Positions 24,130 to 36,942 of a stretch of 63,750 nt of DNA are shown here, piece after piece. The notes under the pieces were generated by a model that was not told the origin of the DNA, made no database searches, and saw nothing but the letters and a program-made list of their open reading frames with translations. Each line of letters begins with the position of its first letter. The stretch's first letter is position 1. The stretch lies in assembly GCF_001194135.2 (NCBI RefSeq), contig NC_068991.1, positions 41,823,389 through 41,887,138 of the forward strand, given 5' to 3'. Made by a program: the position numbers and the translations under genes. This DNA comes from Octopus bimaculoides (Eukaryota).

Positions 24130-25260
24130 AGAACTTGGATATTAGATAGATTACAAGAAGGCTTACAACAATGTGCCATACTGTTGGCATACTATGGTGC
24201 TTGAGGATGATCGGAGGCATTTAAGAAATAAACATATCTTTAAAAAAAGCAACGAGAGCTTGGAAAGCAGAAGTAACATGCGCAATGGAATCGTTGGGGA
24301 ATGTTAAAATACGCATGGGTATATCTCAGGAAGACTCGCTCTCCCTTTTATGTTTCGTTTCGTCATTGTATTAATCTCACTGATAAGTATACTGGGAAAA
24401 TTCAGGCCTGCCTATGAATTTGACGAAGCCAAAGTGAAAATAAATCACATGCATTATATGAATGACCTCAAATTGCATGCTTTAAGTGAAAAGAGACCAA
24501 AATTTTCTTATCCAAACAGTAAAAGTTTTATCAAGGGTACTGGGATGCAGTTTGAGTTAAATAAGTGTGCTGTGTTAATTATGAAGCGAGGCCGAAAGAT
24601 AGACTCTGAAGGTATAAAATCAGCACAAGACACTATCATTAGATTGTTGAGAAATAATGAATGACACAAGTAACTAAGGGTGCAGGAAGAAGATAGGAAA
24701 ATGGAAGAAGGAACGAGAGAGAAATATTCAAAGAATACAAAAGAAAAATTAGGGAGGTGCTCAAAAGAAAATAAAACGGAGGGAATATAATTAAAGCAGT
24801 AAATACGTGGGCCCTGGCAGTATTAAGATACTCTGCTCTTTTTTCTAAAATGGAAGTAGATACAGATACATAACCTAGATAAAAGAATTAGGAAATTGCT
24901 CCCAATGCATAACCCGTACTACCCTAAAAGTAATATCGATAGACTCTGCCTATTAAGAAAGGAAGGAGGTCGAGTATTGCTAAACTCAGAAGGCACCGTT
25001 TGTACTGCGATATTGAAGTCTGAAAAACTATGTTGTACATAGTAAAGAAAGAATATTATCGAGCAGAAACGTGGCCTCTCACGAAGGCCCTGGAAAAGAG
25101 GATCGATGGCTTCGATAGTAAAGCCCTGAGAATCATCGAGAACATCAGATGGTAACATCACATTTCCATGTATTGTAACCTGCTGAGCACAAAATTCGTT
25201 CGTGAACACTTTTTGCATTGGACGCAGCAAAAACTGCATTCTGAGTCCTCTGGGAAACCT
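24130..25260 (+). mobile_element. Degenerate R4-like LINE RT fragment
   Basis: DYKKAYNNVP, GISQEDSLSP, INHMHYMNDLKL, FELNKCA and YPKSNIDRLCLLRKEGGR, with many stops and frameshifts. Confidence 0.8.
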
Positions 25261-25559
25261 GCTCTATAATGTGAAAAACAACTTTTGTGGTTTTAAACAA
25301 TCTCCTATAAGTTCAATGTCTTTTTAAATCTGATCCAAAATCCTCTCTTTTTGCAGCACATCATCATTATTTCAGAACGCCAGTTTTAATCACAGGGACA
25401 TGTTGTTTATTCACAGAGATACAACTCTAATGTCGTTCCTTGGAAGGGAAGGTTTTATATGCCCTTTGTTTCAGTTCAATTGTTTTTCTCTTGCTTTTAT
25501 TTTTCTGTCTCCGAAAGTTTAATCCAATGATCTGTCCTTCATTTGCATTTCATATGATA

Positions 25560-26400
25560 ATTTTGGGGGATGCAAATATTAAGAGAAGTTGTCCTGGTTT
25601 ACTTGGTAATTGACTCCTGGTTGTCGGTTTTGCGAGTTGAAAACAGTTAGTTTTCCCGTCGCCCTCCAAGCTGTAAATGGAGATGTGACTTGCCGTGCTA
25701 TTGAAACAGAAGCATTCGGGACCAGCTGTTGTTGCTTGCTCTACTGCTCTCTTTTTCTTCACTTCACAAGTTCTCCAGGGAAGATAACTCTCAGATAGCT
25801 TTTACTCCTTCAGGTATAGCCGCTAGGCTTGCAGCCTTTCATCATTAGTCACATGTCCTTTTCTTTTGCTTTCTAAGTAGGTCAAAGCGCCAATAGTGTT
25901 TTGTGACCTTCTAATGTTATTAAGACATCTATTCCATTCAGACCCCCCCCCCACCGATCGCATGCCGTCTTTTATTACCTCGGCATTCCCCTTTGTCTAT
26001 GTTGTAGCACAATGGTAATGACGAGCCAATATCCTTGACGGTAATATTCGCACTTCATCGATCCAAGCGTTGCAGCAGCAGTATAGAGGTTTATGTACGA
26101 CATACCAGCTCGGTTTGCTTTTACGCTAAAGCTTTTAGTCCCGTAGGGCTTTGCATGATCGATAGAGGAGACATCTCCCAACACTTCAGCCGTGTCTAAC
26201 TTTTTTTGTTCTTTATGAGGAATGACGATGCAAAAGGGGGTAAATTTCCTTGTCACAAGCTCTTGAATGAAAGGTTCTGGCAAAGAGTTGGTTCATAACT
26301 CTGCCAAATGAATTTTTCTCAGCTAACTGCTCCATCAAAATCTGTCTGTGACTGGCAGCGTCAGCAAAGCTAAAATTGCTCTTCTTCACTATTTTATTTG
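25560..26400 (-). mobile_element. Possible highly degenerate Ty3/gypsy gag remnant
   Basis: Weak resemblance only: MEQLAEKNSF..MNQLF and a frameshifted CYxHRQxG motif. No LTR, RT or integrase seen. Confidence 0.25.
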
Positions 26401-26509
26401 TTTATTAAGAAATACATGTACACAGTTGTTATTGCTTTTAGTGTTGTCGTGGCTAAACATGTTATAAGAATTATTCACATTACAGTTATTGCGTAAGAAA
26501 ATGTTTCTT

Positions 26510-26660
26510 TTGGCACAAGGCCAGCAGTTTATGAGGGGATTGTAAATCGATTATATCGACCCCAGTACTTGACTAGTACTTATTTTATCGCCCCGAAAAG
26601 ATCAAAGGCGAAATTGGCCTCAATGCATTTGAACCCAAAACGTAGAGCCGGAAGAAAAGG
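26510..26660 (-). mobile_element. tRNA-derived SINE fragment
   Basis: GACCCCAGTACTTGACTAGTACTTATTTTATCG.CCCCGAAAAGAT.AAAGGC. Confidence 0.8.
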
Positions 26661-28365
26661 TGTGAATCATGTAAGCGTGTAAGCTTTGCTACAATTATTT
26701 TTTAAAATTCTATTTATTTTATGTTTTTAGTTTGTTTTAGTGCGTTCAATGCTACATTCTTTCTTTATACAACCCCTCTACGCTTTTTCAAATAAATGAT
26801 GAGTTTAAAATTAAATAAATATAGAAAACTCAAACATCTTGCATACCTTTAGACAAAGGGAATAAATCCTATACTTTTGTAACGTTCTCTGAAAACAATC
26901 TTAAAAAGTCATTCGTTCAGTAAACGAATACGTTCCCATGGATCCATTTCCCTACTCTCTCTATACCTGTCTACATTTCTCTCTTTCCCTCTCTGTTACT
27001 TTATTTTCATCTGTTTTGGTTACTCTTTTATTGCTTTACACCAGTTGGCTGTGGTCATCCAGGGATATTGCCGTACCTTCTTTTTGACCATATCCTTGCC
27101 CGAACAACGCTGACTTGGAACTAAATAACAGCAAATATCTTTCTGTCTGTCTGTCTGTTTGTTTCTGTCTGTATGCCTGTCTCTGTTGTCTGTCTGTCTC
27201 TCTGTTACACTTTTTCTGCTATCTATTTAATTCCCTCTTTCTGTCCCAAGAGTTTTTAAATACAATATTTATATGCTGTTATTAATAGCTTTATCTACCT
27301 CAAGTTCTACAATTAAAAATGAATTACTTCTCGTTCTTCCAAAGTTTCTAAATTCTTACAGCGTAAACAATACATACATACATACATACATACATACATA
27401 CATACATACATACTTTTTGGTGTCCCGTTCTGATTACTTTCTTAAATACTTTCTTTTAAACTGTTTTTAACATTTTCTTATTATTATCAGAGAATGTAGA
27501 TATGTATTTTAATACTTTTGTGATAACCAGTACTTAACACAACAAAGCTCATACAAAGCTTTACATTTTACTTTTGCCAATATTTTTCTAAAAAAGTGAA
27601 ACCGGTCAAGTGAATAAACATCTTTAAAATTGCATTTTCAAACCTTCTTTCATATATATNNNNNNNNNNNNNNNNNNNNNNNNNNNNNNNNNNNNNNNNN
27701 NNNNNNNNNNNNNNNNNNNNNNNNNNNNNNNNNNNNNNNNNNNNNNNNNNNNNNNNNNNNNNNNNNNNNNNNNNNNNNNNNNNNNNNNNNNNNNNNNNNN
27801 NNNNNNNNNNNNNNNNNNNNNNNNNNNNNNNNNNNNNNNNNNNNNNNNNNNNNNTATATATATGTGTGTGTGTGTATGTATGTATGTATGTATGTATATG
27901 TATACATATATATATATATAATATATATTGTATATGTGCGTGTGTATAATATATATATATCCAAATATAAACATAAAACACATTTTAAAAAATCATAAAA
28001 CTTACATATATATGCATATGCATGCATACTTTAACATATATAGATATACATAAATAAATAAGCATAAATACATGAATACATATATTTACACTTAAATGTG
28101 CATACATAAACGTCTATGTATGCACACCAATGAGTCAACTGTTATTGTTATTATACATGAGGAGGACACATATATATCCCCACTCACCCACACATACATA
28201 CATACATACATACACGTATGTATATATAAGCATTCCCGTACATACATGTTTCCTGGTACATAAGCTTTGGTTGCGTTTGGAAAGGAGGACTGATGCATTG
28301 GTTCCTATCGCTATATTTCCAGCAAATATTTGGATATTGTAAATTAACTTCATGAACTTTGTAAA

Positions 28366-28494
28366 TCTCTGAAGAGGCCTAGAGACTCATACATGTACCT
28401 CTATTTCATACATTTCATCTATCAATTACTCCAGCTTACTGGAGTTATATAGATAGAATGGGGCATGTCAAACTATGCTGAAACAGCTGTAAGA
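28366..28494 (+). ncRNA. Type I hammerhead ribozyme motif (Penelope/retrozyme-like) with long stem II insert
   Basis: Stem I TCT(28366-68)/AGA(28492-94). Core CTGAAGA 28369-75. Stem II GGCCTAG/CTATGCT (1 G.U, 1 mismatch). GAAA 28480-83. Palindromic stem III ACAGCTGT. GUA cleavage triplet 28489-91. Confidence 0.7.
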
Positions 28495-28595
28495 CATTAC
28501 CCCTTCTTCGGTCACCAGATGTCCTTTTTAGTTTTTAATTACTGATATGACATAATGTCATATGTGTTTGTATATTGTTTTTTTTGTTCTCTTAG

Positions 28596-28610
28596 TTGAA
28601 AAATAAACAG
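28596..28610 (+). other. Candidate 15-nt micro-exon (LKNKQ, phase 0-0)
   Basis: TTTTTTTTGTTCTCTTAG|TTGAAAAATAAACAG|GTAAAT. Splice signals only, no homology. Confidence 0.3.
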
Positions 28611-28832
28611 GTAAATTGACATAATACAATGTCTGCAAGTTGATGAGTACCACATATTCCCCTCCATTTTCTTATTGCTATATAAATTAAGGGTAAAATT
28701 TCCTTTTACCCGCACCCATTTATTGCACTTGGTAAAAACACTAGTGTAATAATAACTGGGTATCCTTCCGGCAGTATATTGGATAGATATTATCCCTTAG
28801 TGGGTTGGATTCACAACTCCTTACTTTCTTGG

Positions 28833-28869
<37 letters not shown>

Positions 28870-28941
28870 CTGTTTGTGATGTCAGTGTGTGTGTATGTAT
28901 GTATGTATGTATGTATGTATGTATGTATCTTNNNNNNNNNN

Positions 28942-28978
<37 letters not shown>

Positions 28979-29183
28979 CTGTTTGTGATGTCAGTGTGTG
29001 TGTATGTATGTATGTATGTATGTATGTATGTATGTATGTATCTTTTCCGATCCCTGTTTATAATAGGAAATTGCGGTGTTGGAATGTAAATTATTCAAAT
29101 ACTTTAAACAGCTAATCTTCAACATCATTCCCTGGCTATTTATTAATCAACGCTAAACTACTCAGAATGTAACTCTTACCATC

Positions 29184-29232
<49 letters not shown>

Positions 29233-29635
29233 TACCATCGTTGTCGTCATCATCATCATCACCACCACCACCACCATTTAACTATCAACATTCATCATTA
29301 TCATCAGCCAAACAGCAACGGTAGCATTCTACACCATCACTGTTATCATCATGATCATAATAATCTTCAGCAGCAGACGCAACATTAAGCATCTCCCAAC
29401 CCTTTACCCTTTAGTTTCTCCGCCCTTTTACTCACCACTTCTTCATTATCATATTTCTATAATGAAATTCTGACACTTCCTTGTTGGCACACCGACATGA
29501 TATTACTTATCCAGGAGAGTGGATTACAGCTTAATTACAGAAGGTGTCGTATTCATAAAACATAGTAAAAATGTTCCATTACGATGTACTGCTAGTGAGT
29601 AGTCTTCTGTTACCGTAATATTACCAACCACCAAA

Positions 29636-29848
29636 GATAGCGTGCTGGTAGAATCATTAACACGCCGGGCAAAATGCTTAGTGTCATTTCGTCCGTCTGT
29701 ACGTTCTGAGTTCAAATTTTGTCGAGGTTGAATTTGTCTTTTATCCTTTTGGGGTCGATGAAATAAGTACCAGTTGAACACTGTGGTCGATGTAATCGAA
29801 TTATCTCCTCCGAAACTGCTGGTCTTGTGCCAAAACTTGAAATCAATA
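29636..29848 (+). mobile_element. tRNA-derived SINE
   Basis: AGCGTGCTGGTAGAATCATTAACACGCCGGGC...TCCTTTTGGGGTCGATGAAATAAGTACCAG...CTTGTGCCAAAACTTGAAATC. Confidence 0.9.
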
Positions 29849-30219
29849 TTACCGACACTCCTTTCGCTCTCACTCTTCAGATTACTTATTAAACTCCTCA
29901 GTTCGTTCTTTTTTCTATCTCGAGCTCTGTTCATTCTAAATTTCTTTTCTAACACTAAACCATAACAATATAAATTAAACATTAATCGCTCGAACTTTGT
30001 TACTTCAGAATGAACGTAATGGACCTCTGTTCATTTCGCTAACTTGTAATGCTGTCCTCTGAATTCTCCTCGGCGGATGGGAAACTTGAAATAAGACTTG
30101 TATTTCGTCTCAGAGATAACAATCTCTCAACCACCTGAGATCAATTTTAGCCTTCAGATAAAAAGAAAATTATTGATTTGTAGAAAAAATACGCACAAAT
30201 CAGCAAATGCTTTGCTTAC

Positions 30220-30342
30220 CGATTTCTATATCGGAGCAAGCATTTCCGACTCGGCTTAGAACATTCGGGATTTTCGTCACTGGGAAGATCAAGTCAGGTT
30301 TAGACACCATGTCTGGCAATCCATTGGCTTGTTGAGCGATGC
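30220..30342 (-). other. Candidate 123-nt symmetric (phase 1-1) coding exon
   Basis: AAATACAG|GC...ATCG|GTAAGC. One open frame: IAQQANGLPDMVSKPDLIFPVTKIPNVLSRVGNACSDIEI. No recognised homology. Confidence 0.3.
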
Positions 30343-31544
30343 CTGTATTTTAACACATAAGTTTCTCTGAGACATAATATTACAGCTAATGCCATACCAC
30401 GATTGTATACGCATTATGTTATGCACAAAGGCACTTTAATCAGAGGCTGTTTAGGGTGTATATATTAAAGTAAGACATAGTCTTAAGAGCATCTATGTAA
30501 TTTTTAGTTTCAGTTTCTTCATATAGTCTGTCTCTTCGTATCAGCGAAATTTTAAGTAGAAACTCATTCATAGTCTGCGCTAAGATTAGGAGAAAAGTTA
30601 TAGAATGAATCGTTTTTTCAACTAAAAACAAAAACAAAAAAAACTATTACACTAAACTTGAGCAATATTTCACATTTTGTTTTCAAACATCCTGTTCATA
30701 CTACTCTTAACGATCCAACGTTTTACATCATAGTCATACATATGTACGTACGTACATACATACATACATACATACATACATACATACATACATGCATACA
30801 TACATACATACATACATACATACATACAAGGTACAATTATGCGAGGACTTTAATGATGTAACATCTGATGTTTGTTTGGTTAGGAATTTTAGCATGTTTA
30901 ACAAAGAAGTCTGAGTTTCTCAGTGTGACTTTTAGTTTATAAGACATTGTGTAAACATATGTCTCTATCCTAAACAGACTTTCAATTCAGCTACATTAAC
31001 TGTATATCTAAATAACGTATCGTAAAATGACTATTTTCTTTACAATTGTACCAAGTTTCAGATTTATGAGGAGGAGGAGAAATGCGAAATGATGTTTCCT
31101 TTGTGTTTGTATCAAGCACTTGAGACACAAATGAAGTGAAATTGCAACCACTGGGAATCGAAAACAGAATGTGGATCCGGATCTTCCGTCTTTCAAGCGA
31201 TCACTGTTCAAGGACAGGCTAGGTTGTCTTTTAATAAAGTCAGAATACTCTATATCAGTCGAGTGAGGTTGTGTTTAAAAACTTGGAAGTAACGCACTGA
31301 ACTTCACTCAAAGCATAGAATTGTCTTTGTTCGAGAATATTATAATGAACATAGTTTTGGTTTCATCTAAATTACAACCATATATCACCACTCACATCTT
31401 TTTAAAATCGTTAAGAAACTCTAATTCGTTAGGAGAAATATATTCTCTCACTGCTAAAAGATAATGCAGGTACTTTTGTATTTATACAAGAAACGTCGGG
31501 TACATAATTCTAGAAATATACCTTTAACTTAGGTATAAAGAAGC

Positions 31545-31983
31545 AAACCTTAGTAGCGGGGAGAGTACAGCCGATAACATCGATCTCAGTACTTGAACTC
31601 AAAACATAATGGGCTGTAACTAAGTAATCGCAAGGTATCTTGTCTGACGCTCTAACGATTTTACCAATCCAGTGACCGACTCCGCTGACAGTATAAAATA
31701 TTGTGTTCAGCATAAAATATTGTGTTCAACTCATGGTTCTCTTGATCATTTCTACAACTGCTTTAATGATTTCTTGTTGATGTATAAGGCCAGCAATTTT
31801 GAAAGGATGGGGTTAGACGATTACATCGAACCTAATACTTGACTGGTACTTTGTTTTATCGACCTCGGTCAGATGAAAGGCAAACTTGACCCCGGCGGGA
31901 TTTGAACTTAGCACGTAAAGAGCTGGAACAATACTGGAGAGCATTTTCTCCGACACTTTCGTGATTCTGCCAGTCCGCTGCTT
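31545..31983 (-). mobile_element. Two tRNA-derived SINE copies (31545-31690 degenerate; 31786-31983)
   Basis: Reverse-complement heads ...AATCGTTAGAGCGTCAGAC... and ...GGCAGAATCACGAAAGTGTCGG...; domain GACCTCGGTCAGATGAAAGGC. Confidence 0.8.
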
Positions 31984-32091
31984 CTTTTTTTTTTAAATAA
32001 CGATCATAATAATAGTATTACTGGAAAGAACTAATAAGACTGAAATATGCCTATAGTTGTCACCACATTGTCAAGGTCATAAATCACTTGC

Positions 32092-34256
32092 CAATGCGTG
32101 CTAGAGCAGAATAATAGCTTACCCACCCGACTATTATCATTTCACGATAAATATTGGTCCAAAACACTAATTAGGAATTCTGGCTACCGCAAAATTATGT
32201 GGGGAAAAAGACAAATTATCTTTCTGGAGTGGGATGCTAGTCTACCGCAGATAACTTTGCTCAGAAAACTCGAACTTATTCAGAAAAATTTCTCTTATCT
32301 ATTTGAAAAATGAAACTAAATATGATCTATCGACTCATATTCTTTTTCCGTCATCGCATATTTGACTTTTCTTTGTGGTTTTTAATATTCCAAGAATTAA
32401 ACATTCCATTACCATCTTAACTAATTAATAAATTTATATTTAACTGATCCCCTTGTTAGCATTCAATTTTAAATGAATTTTAATCAATAAAAGTTTCGGA
32501 GTTGCCTTTCTTGACAACTGATTGATCATTTATGGTAATGATTCATTCTCCTCAACACGGGTGTATAATTTTTTAATTAAGTAAACTTTTTGGGCTCATT
32601 AGATATGTTAGCACAGACCTTATCTATAGATTTTCACGCAGAGCGTGTCTGCAAGTAGTTTTTGTTTCTAAGTCTTTATCATTTTATAAAGTATGAAGCC
32701 ATACCACCCCTCTTTTCTACGGCAAATAAATGATTTCCACCTCGTGAACTGTTTGTTGATTTATCCCCTATTTTTCGTTTCAAAGGGGTACACAGATGTA
32801 CTTTGATACTGAAGTACATTCAGTCAACCAAAACCGTGGAAAGCTTTTGACTCCCTTGTTAAAAAAATTGCTTCATTTTTATTTATATCTGCAATACCCT
32901 TGAGAAAATTACATGAATGTCATACCTTGCAGTGCCTCCTCCCATTCAAAAAATAAACCTTAGGTTTCGTGAATGACGATGATGATTATGATGATGGTGA
33001 TGATGATGACGACGACGATGATGATGATAATGATGATCACAACTATGATCAGATTATCAAAATATATTTAACGTACTAATAGATGTATTTTCATAACATT
33101 AAGAAAGTTCATATANNNNNNNNNNGTGTGTGTGTGTGTGTGAATATATGTGTGTGGGTTTGTGTATGTGTGTGTGAATGTGCGTGTGTGTGTGTTTGTG
33201 TGTGTTCTTATGTAAACATACCTGAGTGAAATGTTTGTTTAGCGCGATCTGCCGTATGGCTCAGATTATTATACCGACAACATCTACATTTACACAGAGA
33301 AACCATTTTATAGTGTACTCCTAACCTGTACCATTTCTCGTTTTGGTTTTGATGGAATTATATCCGATTACCACCTACAGTTTACTTCCCCAGTAATACA
33401 TAGCTAGCTTCTCTTCTAACTATTGTAAATAATTCATGTAAAAACAAAAAACAATATATATATATATATATATTAATATATTATAGCAACGACTATGAGT
33501 ATGTGCTTATGCATTTTCAATCCTTGACGAATGTTGTCTGAATAATTGAATACGAATAATGAGTTTGTCAGATGAGTTCAGTCGTTATCTGTGTTACAAA
33601 GGGGAGAATAATATCCTATAGCTATAAATCATGTATATTCAGATTGCATCTAGATTTTAGTGATATGTTAACAAGGTATTTTCACAGAATATTAAATTAA
33701 ACATGTTGATTGATTGATAACTTGATTTTGTTTAAATGACGTACTCATTTATTGTAAACGAAAGGCAGGTCATGCGTTCTTTTCCCGTTGTTTTCTGTTT
33801 TTCGAACAGTTCAATATAAAAGAATATGTGCCGACAGATTCCACAAATCACTTGAGCGTAAATCTAGATATCATAAAGGCATCAGAATCTGAAACAAGGA
33901 GATCAGTTAAATATAAACTTATTAATTAGTTAAGATGGTAATGGAATATTTAATTCCTGGAACATTAAAACCACAAAGAAAGGTCAAAAATGCGAAGACG
34001 GAAAAAGAATATGAGTCGATAGACCATATTTAGTTTCATTTTAGTTTCATTTTTCAAAGTTTTTCTGAACAAGTTCGAGTTTTCTGGGCAAAGTTATCTG
34101 CGGTAGACTAGCATCCCACTCCAGAAAGCTGATTTATCTTTTTCCCCACATAATTTTGCGGTAGCCAGAATTCCTAATTAGGGCTTTGGACCAATATTTA
34201 TCGTGAAATGATAATAGTCGGGTGGATAAGCTATTGTACTACTCTAGCACGCATTG
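32092..34256. repeat. Long inverted repeat: arms 32092-32457 and 33893-34256, about 90% identical, 1.4-kb spacer
   Basis: Manual alignment of the left arm to the reverse complement of the right arm gives about 20 substitutions plus a few indels. No TSD, and no ORF in the spacer. Confidence 0.95.
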
Positions 34257-35157
34257 CAAATTTACGTCTATATTATGTCTACCTCTGTGAATACAGAGTC
34301 TAAGTTAATATCTATATAATGTCTACCTATGTGATCCTCATTTACTCAGTGGAAGAAAAGCAGAACCCATCACATATTGTAGGAGGATGGGTGGAAATTA
34401 CATCAAGACTGGAGATTTAGCTCGAATGCTTATAACAAAGTGTACTTCACTGAAAGCACCCACAGATCAGGTTGTTCATTTAAACTGAGTGATAGATTAC
34501 GTCTCTATAGGGCATTAGGTTATTTAATTGGGCAGTGAAGTATGATTATATAGAGATTTGTTCATTATTTTATTCTCATCTACTTTAAGCAGCAGAAAGT
34601 AGAGTTCAGTTTGTGATTTTTCTAAAGCATTTATTACTTAGAAGAGGTAAAAAGTCATCTTCAGTCACAAACCGTGAATAATATGACCGAAAGGAACAAG
34701 ACAGTACAGAATAGATTAATGTGACTCGTGTTAAATTTCTCAAGTCACAGTTTGATTGTGAAGAGAAATACATGAAGTCAACATGAGAGGGATGCTAATA
34801 CCAGATAGAAAGATTGTACAGACCCTTGTTGTTGAGTATTTAAACATTTGAATGGTATTCCATTCCCAGCAATTGTAACTCTTATTTTAGAAACATCCGA
34901 ATTGTTTCTAGGGAAATATTTCTGTAACCATTATTACATCAAATTAATATTTCTTTGTAAAATGAGTTAGACACAGGTCATTGTACGCTTTACTCCTTAT
35001 ATTCCATTAGATTTTTATAGATGTATCATCGAAAATCTGTTGGAAATTTAGCAAGATCTAATTAGATTAATTGCAATAGGTATATAATACTAAAAATGTC
35101 AGATGAATTTCAGTTCAATCTTGAACATTATAAAGTAATAAGATATCTTAAGGTAAT

Positions 35158-35262
35158 ACTCTGAAGGTTGGGTGGTTGAGATTGTCGACATTTCTCACTT
35201 AAATAATCCTATCCTTGCTCTACAGTTCAAGAAATGGAATCGAAACACGTTATCGTCAGAGA
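35158..35262 (+). ncRNA. Degenerate hammerhead-like motif (core A9 missing)
   Basis: CT-CTGAAG[A missing]-GGTT...AATC-GAAA-C...GTC-AG. Stem II GGTT/AATC. Stems I and III are only 2 bp. Confidence 0.35.
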
Positions 35263-35437
35263 TGTAACGCACAGTAAAGAATACTAAGAACTGGAATAAT
35301 TGAAACGGTTCCAATATTTTAAGGCTTTAGGTGGATGTTAATTTATGTCTCACAGCTGCACCCTATTCTATTGTTATTTTCATAAGAGTTTATACTTTGG
35401 GGATAGGAACCTTGCCAACATATTGCAAATGATGATA

Positions 35438-35522
<85 letters not shown>

Positions 35523-35807
35523 TGATGATGATGATGATGATGATGAAGATGATGATGGTGGTGATGATGCCGACATATGAGATAATGTTTACTTCAAGGG
35601 ATCTAGACCTATATTTTCCAATGGGTGCTTACTTGTTTAAGGGGCCAGGGTTTGGGTTAAGAAAGACTTCGCTATTATATCAAGCAGACCAAGGAAACCT
35701 ATAGAGACTTTCTCGTTGGTTAGAAACATGTCAGTGTTATTCGATGGCGCAAAATACGTTCAATTTCAACACGCAGCATCTAACTGTACTTTAATGCTCA
35801 CAGTTGT

Positions 35808-36100
35808 AGGCGCAATATAGCTGAATAGTCAGGAAGTTTGCTTCGAAACCTGAATTTGATCCCACTGCATACTATCTTTGGCAAATGTCATTTTCTATTG
35901 TCTCGAATTGACATATATCTTGCGAGTGAAACTCAATTACTGGAAACAGTATAGAGACCCAAATGGTGATTGTGCCTGTAATTCAAAAGAATTATATTAA
36001 GGGGACATGTGTCTGTGGAATACTCAGCCACTTGCATGTTAATTTCAGAGTAGGTGATTCAGTTCACCGAAAAACTGAATCTCGTCGAATGACAGAGATC
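35808..36100 (+). mobile_element. Degenerate tRNA-derived SINE (CORE-like type)
   Basis: GGCGCAATATAGCTGAATAG...TTTGATCCCACTGCAT...TTTGGCAAATGTC, homologous to 3737-3900. Confidence 0.65.
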
Positions 36101-36895
36101 TAGCAGCAGCAGCAGCAGCAGCACCACCACCACCACCACCACCACCACCACCACCATCACCACCACCACCACTTACAACTATAGCTGTTATAAAGCAATG
36201 TATTGGATGCGTTGCTACACATGGTTATAACATTTTCACCTCGTTATGTCACAACATTGAAATTCCTAGGCAATCTAGTTATGATTTACTTTATATCGAA
36301 AACATTCTGGTAAAACATACAGGTGAACCGATTGATTTCCTCCGCACTTCCTGTTTCCTGTATTTTCCTTCTGTAAATGTTTCTTTGTATATTAATGTAG
36401 GTGGTTTATTGCTACATTTCCTCTCATATCGGAATGTATTTCAGATTTATAAACTAAAATGAGTTTCAGCTGGCCAATTGAGGGCCAACCCATCAACAGA
36501 TGCTGTATATTTAAATATTTTTGGCTCAGTTTGAAAAGCTGTAAATAACGATACCATATAAAAGTACAGCTTATTTCTGTAAGCAGAGGGAAAACTATGT
36601 AATTGAGAGGTGCTCTCTTAGCTTCCGATTCTGATTTTAAATCCTCTCAGAAGCCATACTGGATGGAAAATTTTACTATCACAAAACTTAAACATCAGTC
36701 TATATACACATAATGCGTCAAAAAAAATTTGGAACGGTAGCAGCTGTAATATTTTGTCTCAGAGAAACTTCTCAATGAAGCACCTGGCTTCGCTCAGAAC
36801 ACCAAGGGATCAGCAGATACTGTGTTTCTACCTGATTTACTCTCCTCAGCGACGAAAACTCTGAGCTAAACCAAAAAATTCTTGTTCTGTTATAG

Positions 36896-36942
36896 AAATC
36901 GATATGCAAAAACATTTATTGATTTGTGCGAAAGCTGACCAG
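36896..36942 (+). other. Candidate 47-nt exon (phase 1-0)
   Basis: TTCTTGTTCTGTTATAG|...GACCAG|GTGAGA. Only one open frame: (E)IDMQKHLLICAKADQ. Confidence 0.35.

Noticed and set aside
32070-34275. Long inverted repeat as a TIR transposon
   Set aside because: No target-site duplication, fuzzy outer ends, and no transposase in the spacer. Kept as an inverted duplication.
31693-34334. Small local duplications (19-bp tandem near 31693-31730; 24-bp direct repeat at 34267 and 34311)
   Set aside because: Ordinary slippage-type duplications with no further structure.
34600-34670. Minus-strand CTGAAGA...GAAA enclosed by TTTGTGA/TCACAAA
   Set aside because: No stem III or NUH site and no stem II, so it is not a hammerhead.
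35633-35698. Minus-strand 66-nt exon-like segment
   Set aside because: Stops in all three frames.
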